From positions 649,233 through 713,232 of the forward strand of contig JAXHMY010000003.1 of the NCBI GenBank assembly GCA_034520965.1: DNA of 64,000 nt. The letters are read 5' to 3'. Shown in pieces: positions 19,414-29,598 of the stretch. The position numbers and the translations under genes are program-made. Position 1 is the stretch's first letter. Every line of letters begins with the position of its first letter. Below the pieces are notes generated by a model, which saw only the letters and a list, made by a program, of their open reading frames with translations, did no database searches and had not been told where the DNA came from. The stretch comes from Spirochaetia bacterium (GTDB lineage: Bacteria; Spirochaetota; Spirochaetia; DSM-16054; Sediminispirochaetaceae).

Positions 19414-21570
19414 TCACTTTTCAATCAGCTTCTCTATCCCCCTGATCAGTTCGAGGGAATAGTGGGAAATATCCGGTATATCCTTCTCGGGTACGCGAAA
19501 GCCGATGGCACCGGGGTGCCCGCCGCCGTTTTCAATTGAGAAGGTGCTGAGTATGGTTCGCAGGTCTATGTCTTTGTATACTTCACTGCGGCGAACCCTG
19601 AACTGTATCAGCCCCTCGCCTGCTTTATGATCGGGGTATGCCACAAGGCTCAACATTTTGCTCGATTCAGCCAACACATCGGCCAGATATCTTGCCACCG
19701 ACACAATTGTGTCGTGGTCAAAACGGGACTCGATCACCCCCATAGTCTCTCTTCTAATAATTACCGACGCCACTTTATTAGAGAAAAAGGCCTGCGACTC
19801 CATCATAGAGTTGAAACACTGCTCCTCCTCCCGCGTCAGCCGCTGAAGTTCGGTAAACACTTGGTCCATGGAGGAAAAGTTTCTGGAATTTTGGCGGGTT
19901 TTACTGTTCAGCATTTCATTGAACATTCCGCTGAACAAATTGTAGAACCAACGCTCTCTCCTTGTTTTGAGGTATTTCCCCATTTTTGAATCACCAATAA
20001 TACCAGTTAGCACCGACAGGACAAAGTTCCGGGAAAATATTTCCTGAATCGAAAATGCTTCTATAATTGAACATTCGTTGGAAAGCTTAAAGGCCAAAAG
20101 GCCGACCAACTCACTGGCCGATGAAGCCTCGTCGACAAGGCAGTAGCCGGGGTCCCCCGCGTAGCTGCTGTCGGCTCCGAGGTGGTGGTCTATCTCAATT
20201 TTAAGTAACTCCCTGCGGGCCAGTAGGCCCGCAGAGCCGGGAAAGGACTCCTGCATGGCCGGTTTGGGGGTATCCATTAGAAATACAGTGGAAATATCCC
20301 GCGGGAGCTCTTCGTCGTTGTAGATAATTCCTATTTCGTTATACCTTGAGATATGAAGAAGATACTGGTAGTTTTCGTTTACCCTTCTAGGAATCATCAG
20401 ATACACGTTTTTTGCAAACTTACTGATCAAAAGTCCCATGGCGATCATCGAGGCAACACAGTCCTCATCCGGATCCCGGTGTCCAAGCATAAGAAAATTG
20501 TCCTGTTCCGCAATCGCCTGAATTATGCGCGATATAATCCGGTTTTTCTCCTTAAGACTGTATATGCCTGTCTTGCGCCGTCCATCTTGACCATTTTCAT
20601 TCCATGCAACCGCCCGGCTTCGGCCCTCCTCTTTTGCTCGATATAGGGCTTTGTCGGCCTGCTTCATCAGCACAGCAAAGGAATCTCCATGTTCGGGAAA
20701 AGCGGCTATACCTATACTTGCAGCAACATGCTTCACCGAAGCACCCGGTTGTACCGGCAACTTAATCTTTCCCAGCTCTTGGATAAGACCCTTGCAGTAC
20801 TCCAGGGCCTGCTCCGGAGAGGTATCTTTCAGCAGAAAGGTAAACTCATCCCCGCCGTAGCGGACGGAGACAGTATCGGAGCTGAAAGTTTTTCTAAAGG
20901 CCTCCACAGCAGCCCGTAAAACCTGGTCCCCTACAACCTGGCCGTATTCATCATTGATGCTCCCAAAATGATCAAGATCGAGCATCATAAGGCAGAGGGG
21001 AGCGCCTATGCGCTGGGCCTCGATCAAACGCTCTTCCGCTGCCTGATCGAGGAACCTCCGGTTGTACAGTCCGGTAAAATCATCGGTGATTGCCCGGGCC
21101 CGCGCCTTCTCGCCCCAGGTTACCATATCCGATAAAAAAGCGCCGGTTGCCGTTAACCTCTGGGCGGTAGTTTTGAGCATCCCCCGCATTATACTGATAC
21201 CCGCTTCAGGTTTAGATTTTATGAACTCATAAAAAACACCCGCCCTCAGACTCAAGACGGTGGTATCGCTTTTCGGAGTACAGGTGGCCGATCTTTCGGC
21301 ACTGTCAAAGATAGACATCTCCCCAAAAAAACTGCCCTCCGAAAATTTCCGCCAGTTCCAACACACCCCCGTCCTGGGTGCCCACCGAAATAGAAACACA
21401 GCCTGAAAGGACGATGTACATAATCTCCCCGGTATCCCCTTCTGTAAAAAGGGTCTCTCCCTCCTGATACTCTTCGGTCTTCATTAATGAATAAAGCCGG
21501 TTTAGATCATCCAAGGAAAGAGAAGAAAAATATCTATCGATCTCAGCACTTCCACCGGTGTTTTGGCCAT
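19414..21570 (-). CDS. cNMP-binding + GGDEF + DHH/DHHA1 fusion protein (frameshifted near the 5' end)
   Basis: Start MAKTPVEVLRSIDIF; LFTEGDTGEIMYIVLSG / FFGEMSIFDSAERSAT; DLDHFG...RYGGDEF; GHRDPDED, MDT, IDHH, GIIGDS, GGGHPGAIG. Confidence 0.85.
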
Positions 21571-21572
21571 AC

Positions 21573-22576
21573 TCAAGACTCCCCTTGCCCATCGGTAAAG
21601 AGAACCTTATTACCCCCGCGGCGTCTCCCCGCAAGGGGCAGTTCATGAGTTTTGAAAAGCATCTCTTCAACATTGCCTTCAAAACCTGGATACATACACA
21701 CTCCGACACTGGCGGTCACCCGGAACTCATTGCCCCCGGCGGCCTTCGATACATCAAGCTTATTCATAAACTCTTTAAGTTTGTGGGCCTGTTCACGCGC
21801 CTCATCACGGCTCACTCCGGGAAAAATAACCGCCACAGCGTTTCCCTTGTACCTGGCAATCCTTTCATCCTCTCCGATAAAATCCCGCAAACCCCGGGCC
21901 ATAATTTTGATGGCCAGATCACCCGCATCATGACCGTATGCATCATTTAAGGTTTTGAAGTTATCCGGTTTTGTAATAGCCAGAGCAAAAGAAGCTTCTT
22001 CCTTTGAGGAATCACTTTTGTCGGTCAGCTCCCGCAGCTTTTCCGTCAGAAACACCTGGTTGTACAGCCCTGTAAGGGTATCCCGGTACACCTGTTTCTG
22101 CAGCTCCTGTACAAGCGGGGAGTTCTCTTTTACAAGCGTATTTACCCGCCGTATTCTCCCGGCTGTCTCAACGAGAATCCTGTGCAGAATACGGGCGGAA
22201 ACTGAAGGTCTTTCTTCGAGAAACTCAAAAAATCTTTCCCCCGACGTGGAAACTCCAGAACCCACGTTTCCTCATCTGCCAGGGCCGAAGCGCCCCTGAC
22301 TGCAGAGGTAAACAAATCTAGTTCCCCAAAAAGATTACCCATCACATAACGGGCAATAACCTTGAAACGGCCCTCTTCGTCGGTCTTTCGGACTATCACC
22401 TGCCCGGTTTCCACAATGTACAAGGACCGGCCCGGATCGCCCTGCAGAAATACAGCATCGCCGCTTTTACAACGGCGGATTACACTGTTTTCGGCTACCA
22501 CCAGGATATCCTCTAAGGAAAGCTCTGAGAAAAGCTCCGCCTGCCTCACAATTTGTTCTTTTCGCGTTTCTTTCAC
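21573..22576 (-). CDS. cNMP-binding + degenerate GGDEF protein (frameshifted)
   Basis: VFLQGDPGRSLYIVETG...FGELDLF; RDTLTGLYN, PDNFKTLNDAYGHDAGD; active-site position reads RYKGNAV. Confidence 0.8.
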
Positions 22577-22716
22577 GATTACTCCCGGTACAGCACATCG
22601 TACACTTGCTATAGAGTATAATACGTACCGACTGAAAAACAAGGCGCGTTTAAATGAAGGCCGGTAGATAGAGCCGGCGATTTCCCGGGAGTTCAGTTAC
22701 AACGTTTCCACCTAAT

Positions 22717-22752
22717 AAAAAAAGGCTGTCTAAGATAATCCCTCAGACAGCC
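22717..22752 (-). terminator. Rho-independent terminator
   Basis: ggctgtct...agacagcc stem followed by a T7 run on the minus strand. Confidence 0.8.
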
Positions 22753-22785
22753 CCCCGGTTACGAGTACATCTCACAAGTTTTTAG

Positions 22786-23883
22786 TTAAAACCCGTACTC
22801 AATGCCTCCGCTTATGCTGAAGTTCCACGTGTCGTAATTCGGATCGTTTGAAAAGGTCTTGCCCGCTGAGCCCCGCAGAACAAAGAAAATTTGGTCGTTA
22901 GGGGTCCAGTCCGCCTCTAGGCCGCCCCCCACATCAAGCTGTGTAAGCTCCTCAGTAGTGGGGAATTCGTTCTCATCTAAGGCCTTTCGATCGGTATAAC
23001 GGCGGCCCTGTGTATATAGAAGTGAAGATAGCTGCAGTTCCCTGGTTGGGCTCCAGGAAAAACTGCCCTCTACCTCTCCAAAGACCGCATCGGTGCCATC
23101 TTTTTTAAGGTTCGCCTCGGAAAGGTATTCCTCGTCGTTGCTTATGCGCTTTCCCCCATTCAACCGCAGGCTCCAGTCGGCAAAGTAACCGGCCAGGCCC
23201 GTTATTTCCGCTTCTCCGGCGGCGATAATATCCTGTCGATTGGCCTCCCCCTGGAGGACGTATGTGTCGGAGAGGTTCTGGGTATAATCCTCCCCATAGA
23301 ACTCCGCCGTTCCACTAGCTTCAAGGCGGTAGCCTATCTTTATGGAAGGGTCGTAACTTAACCCGAGGGATGCGGAATGGGAGCTACGATCCTCCACTCC
23401 CAGCTCTTGGTAGACATAGTACCCCGAATACTCGATATACGGTTCCACCACCTTCCTGCTGCTCGAACCGGGAGAATAGGTGTATTTTCCGCTCCATTTC
23501 GGTCTAAACGTGGTGCCGTAGGAAGAATTATCAAGGGTCGAGTTAAATCCTGTTTCAAACAGCATCGTCCCCCCCGTAAAAGGAAGTCCCACCGCCACAT
23601 CCAAGTTCTCCTCATCTTGGGTTACCCCGCTCTGGGGGTTATACTCAAGAGTGGCATTTCCATTCAGGGCGGCGTAGCCCCCGCCGTCGAAGGCGGTACG
23701 CCAGCTGCCTATGCCGTACAGATCATACCATATAGTAGAGTTATACTCTGAGTAGTCTGAATACTCCGCCGAAGTGCCCACAATAAAAGTTGGGGAAAAC
23801 GCCGCGAGCGGCACCACACTCACCATAAATACACCCACTACAAGGGCAATTACCTGCATAAATTTATTTTCAAGTACACTCAT
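22786..23883 (-). CDS. Putative outer-membrane beta-barrel protein
   Basis: Signal peptide, alternating aromatic/polar strands, C-terminal ISGGIEYGF. Confidence 0.65.
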   Translation of the reverse strand: MSVLENKFMQVIALVVGVFMVSVVPLAAFSPTFIVGTSAEYSDYSEYNSTIWYDLYGIGSWRTAFDGGGYAALNGNATLEYNPQSGVTQDEENLDVAVGLPFTGGTMLFETGFNSTLDNSSYGTTFRPKWSGKYTYSPGSSSRKVVEPYIEYSGYYVYQELGVEDRSSHSASLGLSYDPSIKIGYRLEASGTAEFYGEDYTQNLSDTYVLQGEANRQDIIAAGEAEITGLAGYFADWSLRLNGGKRISNDEEYLSEANLKKDGTDAVFGEVEGSFSWSPTRELQLSSLLYTQGRRYTDRKALDENEFPTTEELTQLDVGGGLEADWTPNDQIFFVLRGSAGKTFSNDPNYDTWNFSISGGIEYGF

Positions 23884-23921
23884 ATCTAAAGCCTCCTCTC
23901 TGTCTTATTTGTACAAAATCT

Positions 23922-24686
23922 TCAGTGCAAAATCACTCTTTCCAGCTCTTCCACACTCTCGCTTGAACCGGCCTGTGCTGCTATGCGTTCGGTCAGCTCC
24001 TCTGGACGGATTCTCTCTCGCCGTGCGATTCTATAGAGGTCAAGTATTCCCTCATATTCTGCAGTAGGAATAGCAGAGGAGACAAGCGCCTCCGCTACCG
24101 ACAAGCCATCCTCTTTAGATAGTCCCCAAGTGCTCAGGGAGGCATAGAGAAAAGAAATCGGTCTAAATTTTTCCGGATTTTTCTTACATATCTCAATAAG
24201 GATAGTCAGTTCATCTGAACCAAAACCGGCGGCGAGCATATTTGCCGCCCGCTTCCACTGGCTTTCTCGGTTCATAAAAACCGCCTCAGCCTCTGCTTCA
24301 GCAAATAGCCTTCGAGCACTCATCAAATATTCAATATCATTCTTCAGGGCCACATGTAAGCGAGGGGCCGACACGCCCTTAGCTACTCCTTCCTGAACAC
24401 GAGGTACAAGCATATCTCCGGGAATATCCTTACTCTCAGCCAGTTCAAAGGAGTTCAGCACATTCTGGATCTCGGTGCGGGTATATCCATGCTCTTCAAG
24501 AATGCCCTCTACCTTCGAGCTTGCCCCAGAAGCAACAGCTCCCTCCTCTTCAGCTGTCACCAGAAGAGGACTGCTCCAAAATAACAAAAGCGCAAGGATT
24601 CCAATAAACGAGTAATAACGCAGGGTGCCTTGAGGCACCCATGCGTCAGTATAAACTTTTTTCTCAGTATTAAAACCACTTCTCAT
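23922..24686 (-). CDS. Hypothetical exported helical protein
   Basis: Hydrophobic N-terminal segment; RVQEGVAKGVSAPRL; operonic context. Confidence 0.65.
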   Translation of the reverse strand: MRSGFNTEKKVYTDAWVPQGTLRYYSFIGILALLLFWSSPLLVTAEEEGAVASGASSKVEGILEEHGYTRTEIQNVLNSFELAESKDIPGDMLVPRVQEGVAKGVSAPRLHVALKNDIEYLMSARRLFAEAEAEAVFMNRESQWKRAANMLAAGFGSDELTILIEICKKNPEKFRPISFLYASLSTWGLSKEDGLSVAEALVSSAIPTAEYEGILDLYRIARRERIRPEELTERIAAQAGSSESVEELERVILH

Positions 24687-24692
24687 ATAAAA

Positions 24693-25311
24693 TTATTCTC
24701 GCCCTGGCAGTCGTCCAGGATCGTAATCAGACACCGATATCCCATCCATATTTCCCGGACCTGCGCCGGCGCCTTTCGCTCTTTCGGCTCTACCGGAGGC
24801 ACGAGAACGGTTCTCCATTGCCTTATCAAGTCGGGCTTAATCTGCTCTCTCATCATAGTTTGCACTGGGTCATATCTCCAGCGCCTACCTGATCGCGTAT
24901 ACGCTCCATGTTCTGCACTACATCTCGGGTTCCCTCAAAAGATGCTCGCGCGATTTCTCGTTGCTCAAAACCGGAGCGCTCCATAGAGCCGGCCATCACA
25001 GCTAACTCTAGTGCAAGATCAGCATTCTCCGCACCCTCAAGTTGCTCACGGTCCTGGTTCGCCAGCTGCAGTGCCATGGCAACAACCTCCGGCTCGGCAC
25101 CTTCAGCTTCTTCCCAGTCTCTCTCTCCGGCTGCTTCTGCAAACTCTGCAATCTGCTCTTCAGTCCACCCCTCTTGCTCTAATTGCTCCAGCATTTCTCT
25201 AACAACCTGCGGCAAGCCTTCATCCTCTGCTTCCTGAGCCATTGCGAACCCGCCTAAAAGCAGCCCTATCGCAACAGCAATCACCATAACTCTCTTTAAT
25301 CCCATTCTCAT
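24693..25311 (-). CDS. Hypothetical exported acidic protein (frameshifted near 24860), paralogue of 27627..28223
   Basis: Signal peptide; AEAAGERDWEEAEGAEPEVVAMAL...ENADLALELA; another frame continues LDKAMENRSRASG...PGRE* ending at 24693. Confidence 0.6.
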
Positions 25312-25333
25312 ACTAAATCCTCCTTAGTGCACA

Positions 25334-26083
25334 TTAAATATTCAAAACCGAATTAGTTCCGCCGAAGCCGTCTTCCACCCTTAGGGGTGCATCGGGATCG
25401 GGTATCCATTTCTTACCATTTATTAAAAACTGGTACTGATACTCCCCACCCTTTTCAAGCTTAAGGCGCAGTTCCCATATTCCGTCCTTATTTGGGTCGC
25501 TCATGCGGTTTTTCTCCGGGTCCCACCCATTCCAATCTCCTACCACAGCCACACTCTCAGCCTCGGGAGCTTCAAGAGTAAGGTGCACGGTAATTACTTC
25601 TTTTGGGGGTGTTTGTTCTTCCGAAGGAGCCTGTACCACAGCCGCCCCTCCCTGGGGGATCTGTCGTTCGGTAACCATTAAAGTAAGCGTTACTGAGAGG
25701 GCCACTAAAAGCACAGCCGCCGCCGCAAGCGAGGCGATACTTCGGGGTTTTTCTAATCTCGCTTTTTTGCTCTCTTTATTCCCGTTTTTCCCATTCTTTT
25801 CACCGAATCTCCCTTCGATCACATTAGACTCAGTGGAAATGCGGCTCATTACATTCTGGAGCACAATTTCGGGTACCCCCTCGGGTACCTCCGAATGCAA
25901 GGCCCCCTCCGTGGATCCCAGACTTAAGGCCTGATGCAGGGCAGCACACGCTTCACACTCCGACAGATGTTCCCGAAGCTCTTGAGAAAGCCCCGCTTTT
26001 CCCGGCATCGAATCCTCGTTTTTCAGAGCCTCTTCAGCGTATGTAAATAGATTATCTCTGCACTCTTTGCACTCCATCTTCAT
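25334..26083 (-). CDS. Zinc-finger anti-sigma (ZAS-like) + TM + CBM48/AMPK glycogen-binding domain protein
   Basis: MECKEC...HLSECEAC; TM; APEAESVAVVGDWNGWDP...YQYQFLINGKKWIPDP...DGFGGTNSVL. Confidence 0.8.
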   Translation of the reverse strand: MKMECKECRDNLFTYAEEALKNEDSMPGKAGLSQELREHLSECEACAALHQALSLGSTEGALHSEVPEGVPEIVLQNVMSRISTESNVIEGRFGEKNGKNGNKESKKARLEKPRSIASLAAAAVLLVALSVTLTLMVTERQIPQGGAAVVQAPSEEQTPPKEVITVHLTLEAPEAESVAVVGDWNGWDPEKNRMSDPNKDGIWELRLKLEKGGEYQYQFLINGKKWIPDPDAPLRVEDGFGGTNSVLNI

Positions 26084-26094
26084 CTCCTAATTGG

Positions 26095-26123
26095 ATATAC
26101 GCATATACAAACCAAAGGTTTTA
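26095..26123 (-). promoter_or_regulatory. ECF-type promoter (TAAAAC-N16-CGTA)
   Basis: Minus strand TAAAACC-tttggtttgtatat-GCGTATAT, just upstream of AGGAG and the anti-sigma start; same boxes and spacing as 28248..28276. Confidence 0.7.
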
Positions 26124-27544
26124 AAAAACAGTAAAAGCTTCTTCTTTTTTCTGTTTGTATAACCAAGTAATTTTTTCTTTATTCCCTATAAGCTTCAAAT
26201 CACCCTTACCCTGTCTCAGGGCTGAGTGAACATGAAGTAGATAGTGTATGCTTCGGCGGTCCATTACATCTATATCCCTAAGATCTACAGTGATAGTTTT
26301 CTCTCCCTTGTACATACAGCGCCGTACCACAGCAGAAAAATAATCTAGGTTTCCAAAAGTAAAATGCCCGCTAAGAATAAAATAGCCCGGACGCTTCACA
26401 TCGACAGTAATTTTGAGCGCTTCAGACTCCTGATTTTCGTCTTCATCGCTTTCTTTATGAGTGCTTATTGAACTCAACATCTCGTTGGTGCTCCGCAGGC
26501 GTGCTATAAGCCCCCTCAGCACGCTCATAAACCACTCCGGAACCCCGTATGACCCATGATAAAAATCTTTCGCTTCTACTACATATACCGAACCTCCAGT
26601 TATTGCCTTTACCGATGCAGAGCGGGCACCTTCGTGAATAAGAGACATCTCCCCAATTACATCACCGGCCTCGGCAAAACTATAGAGGGCAAGGGTACCG
26701 CTTCTTCTTTTTCTCGGAATATTTCAAACTTTCCTGTACGTACTATGTACATAGACCTAGCCAATTCACCCTCATGTATAAGAAATTCTCCCTTCGCCAC
26801 CGACCGTATTTGCATTTTATAGGAATCGATAAGTGAGGTTACCCCTTTGAGCTCAGAGAGTTTATTATAAATAAGCTGTACATTGGTAAATCGAATTTTC
26901 TCTTTCTGGGCGGCGGGCGAATTTATGAGTTCTTTTAGATAGTTCAACACATCTTTGTCAATATCAATTACCCCGGAAAAATCAATGGTTACTACTGAAG
27001 AATTTTTGGATACTGTCTTCCTCACCAGTTCTTTCACATCATTGATATGCTTCCCGCAAAAATACCCCTTTAGTACTACTCTGTTTTCTTCTGTATCCTC
27101 TTGAATAGTTAAGGTATCAGGAACATCCTCCACTTTTTGATCCTCGAGGGCAGGAACATCCCCTACCGCAATGTAATCACTCAGCATAATAGTCGTATGA
27201 CGAATCCGCTCTACCAGAGTTTGCGCTATGCTCTGAATCCAATCAGGTATACCAAATCTACTATTCTCAAAGACCTCTCTACTTATCACATTGGCGTATA
27301 CCCTCTCAACAGCAATCACACTCGCAGTACGTGGAATACCGGATATAAGAGACATCTCGCCCACAAAACTACCCTTTCCCAACTCAGTTATAGGTATTTC
27401 CTTTCCGCCTTTTGAGATAGTTATGCGGACCCTTCCCGAACGGATAATATACATATCACGACTTGTATCACCTTCGCGAAACAAAACCTCGCCGGGTTTA
27501 AACTGTTGAAACTTCGACTCTCTTTTATCCATAAACTCCCCCAC
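26121..27544 (-). CDS. Tandem cNMP-STAS-cNMP-STAS-like protein (frameshifted near 26.65-26.7 kb)
   Basis: LFREGDTSRDMYIIRSG...FVGEMSLISGIPRTASV; TIDFSGVIDID; LIHEGELARSMYIVRTG...MSLIHEGARSASV; TVDLRDIDVMD. Confidence 0.7.
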
Positions 27545-27559
27545 CCCAAATATTCAAGT

Positions 27560-27595
27560 AAAGAAAGGGCCACCCTCATAAATGTGGATGGCCCC
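27560..27595 (-). terminator. Rho-independent terminator
   Basis: gggcca...tggccc stem followed by tttcttt on the minus strand. Confidence 0.6.
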
Positions 27596-27626
27596 AAAAG
27601 TTCACTTTTCAAGTAATACTATGATG

Positions 27627-28223
27627 CTATATGTCGCCATCGGAAGAATCGGTAGTGCCCTCTGCGGGTGTACCGGAAGTAGCTTCCGAGGTTTTGTCTT
27701 TACTCGTTTCGACGCCTTTATTCTCCGAAGCTCTCTTCTGGGCGGCCTTTTTTGCCTCAGTACTCACCGTCGAGCGAACAATCTCACCGAGATTCTCACT
27801 CATATCACCGCTTTTCCACTCTTCGATTTGTCCGAGCATTGTACGTACAGCCTCAAGCGTTGCTTGTGCTACTACCGCATCCTCATAGTTCTCATTTTCT
27901 AAACGAACGGCATTCTGCGCCAATTCTAACGCCAGTTCTGCATTTTGCTCCGGGTCAAGTTCTGCATTTTCTTTCTTGGCCAGACTCAATGCACGAGCCA
28001 CTACCTCAGGATCGGCATTCTCAGCCTCTTCCCATGACAATTCCCTAGCTGCCTCTGCTATATCCAGTGCCTCTTCGCTGTTAAAATCGGAATTGACAAG
28101 CGCAGTTTCCAGCCTCCCAGGGAAATCCCCATCGGACGCTTCCTGAGCACCTCCAGCAAAAATCGCCGGTGTCACCATCATAGTTCCCAAAATAATTGCA
28201 ATAACAAATAAATTACGTTTCAT
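27627..28223 (-). CDS. Hypothetical exported protein, paralogue of 24693..25311
   Basis: IFAGGAQE leader; AEAARELSWEEAENADPEVVARAL...QNAELALELA. Confidence 0.75.
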   Translation of the reverse strand: MKRNLFVIAIILGTMMVTPAIFAGGAQEASDGDFPGRLETALVNSDFNSEEALDIAEAARELSWEEAENADPEVVARALSLAKKENAELDPEQNAELALELAQNAVRLENENYEDAVVAQATLEAVRTMLGQIEEWKSGDMSENLGEIVRSTVSTEAKKAAQKRASENKGVETSKDKTSEATSGTPAEGTTDSSDGDI

Positions 28224-28247
28224 ATACGTTGCCTCCTGTTATTAACA

Positions 28248-28276
28248 ATATACGCGTTCAAAGCGAGGAGGTTTTA
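28248..28276 (-). promoter_or_regulatory. ECF-type promoter (TAAAAC-N16-CGTA)
   Basis: Minus strand TAAAACC-tcctcgctttgaac-GCGTATAT upstream of AGGAGG and ATG 28223. Confidence 0.7.
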
Positions 28277-28317
28277 AAAGTTTCACTTCCGGCTTCTAAT
28301 ACTCGTTTCAGAGTGTT

Positions 28318-28512
28318 TTACATACCTCTGGAAAAAGAAGTTGTTCGGCACGTGGAATTTATTGCTGTCTTCGTCTTGTGCACCGCGAGGTTTCGCCTAT
28401 GTGCAATTCGGTACTTGCGGGTGAAACGGTCGATTGTCTTTTGCAGCAGTTTCTGTATAAGAAGACCTGCTATCAGAATTACCACGGTCCCTATTACTTT
28501 TATTATAGACAT
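28318..28512 (-). pseudogene. Short membrane-protein fragment (possible MscS-like N-terminus)
   Basis: RBS plus MSIIKVIGTVVILIAGLLIQKLLQKTIDRFTRKYRIAHRR, then the frame loses coding character. Confidence 0.35.
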
Positions 28513-28556
28513 ACTATCTCCTCCCAATTAAAAGTATAAATGAACCCCTTCCGGAA

Positions 28557-28652
28557 TTTTATAAAAAAAATGCTCTTCCCGTAGCCGGCTGGGGCTGTGC
28601 AGTCGGAAGTGGCGCCTGCGCCGGTAGATAGCCCGAATAACCGGTATCTGCT
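28557..28652 (+). repeat. Stand-alone leader-family element
   Basis: ttttataaaaaaaatgctcttcccGTAGccggc...gcctgcgccgGTAG (the latter also at about 19345) followed by a hairpin. Confidence 0.6.
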
Positions 28653-28841
28653 GGGGTAGAAGACAAGGGGCAAATTATGAGTTTTGAAGTAAAGGTGTCA
28701 AAAACACTGTCGCCCGATGCCGATAGTCAATCAAATCGCCTCCTCAAAACGTTGACTAACGGCATCGAGGACTTGGGGGGAGTAGGCATCCGCCTCCGCA
28801 GCTTCATCTGCCCCGCCACAGCCCCCGCTCGGCATACAAAC

Positions 28842-28875
28842 TTGACTATTCAGTTATGGTAGCGTTATACTACCA
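28842..28875 (+). promoter_or_regulatory. TA promoter with palindromic operator
   Basis: TTGACT-N18-TATACT ending 6 nt before the ATG (leaderless geometry); TGGTAG-N7-CTACCA overlaps the -10. Confidence 0.65.
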
Positions 28876-28877
28876 GT

Positions 28878-29105
28878 ATGAAATCGATACACATTCGCGA
28901 CATCGATCCGGAGGTGCTGCAGCGTCTCAAAAAACTCGCTGAAATGCACCACCGCTCCATGCAGGGCGAGCTCAAAACCATTATTGCCGAGGCGACGCGA
29001 AAAATTCCCGCTGCCAACCCGGACGAAGAGCTCGACCTCATCACCGTCTCAACCGAAAATAAGCAGTCATGGAAACGGGAGGACTATTACGACAATGCGA
29101 GGTAA
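28878..29105 (+). CDS. Ribbon-helix-helix antitoxin (FitA/VapB-like)
   Basis: MKSIHIRDIDPEVLQRLKKLAEMHHRSMQGELKTII. Confidence 0.85.
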   Translation: MKSIHIRDIDPEVLQRLKKLAEMHHRSMQGELKTIIAEATRKIPAANPDEELDLITVSTENKQSWKREDYYDNAR

Positions 29106-29553
29106 ACTTGCCCTGGTCGATACCAACATCCTGCTTACCGCCACCGACCGCTCTCGCCCGGAGCACACCGCAGCCCGCGCGGTCTTCCCCCAAGCCCTGG
29201 CCGCTGGAGTCCACCTCTGTATCACCGCTCAGATCATCCGCGAATACCTGGTAGTTGCCACCCGCCCTGTCGAAGTAAATGGACTCGACCTCAGCTCCGC
29301 CGAAGCCATCCACAATATCGAAAACTTCAAACGCCGCCTACTCCTTCTCGAAGAAACTGAGCTCGTCACATCCGAGCTCCTCTCCCTTGTCCGCAGCTAC
29401 AAGCTGTCCGGCAAATCAATCCACGACGCCAATCTCATCGCCGTGATGCATGAGCAAAATGTCCACCTGCTCATCACCCAGAACCCGTCCGACTTTGCCG
29501 ACTTTCCCGATATCGAATTATTCAGCCCAACCTCATTCCTGGACCTTTTATAA
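29095..29553 (+). CDS. vapC: PIN-domain toxin
   Basis: ALVDTNILL, QIIREY, IHDANLIA, LITQNPSDF; overlaps the antitoxin. Confidence 0.9.
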   Translation: MRGKLALVDTNILLTATDRSRPEHTAARAVFPQALAAGVHLCITAQIIREYLVVATRPVEVNGLDLSSAEAIHNIENFKRRLLLLEETELVTSELLSLVRSYKLSGKSIHDANLIAVMHEQNVHLLITQNPSDFADFPDIELFSPTSFLDLL

Positions 29554-29598
29554 GGAAAAAACCAAATTCCACAGACGGCTGCTGCCGCCCGAACAGAT

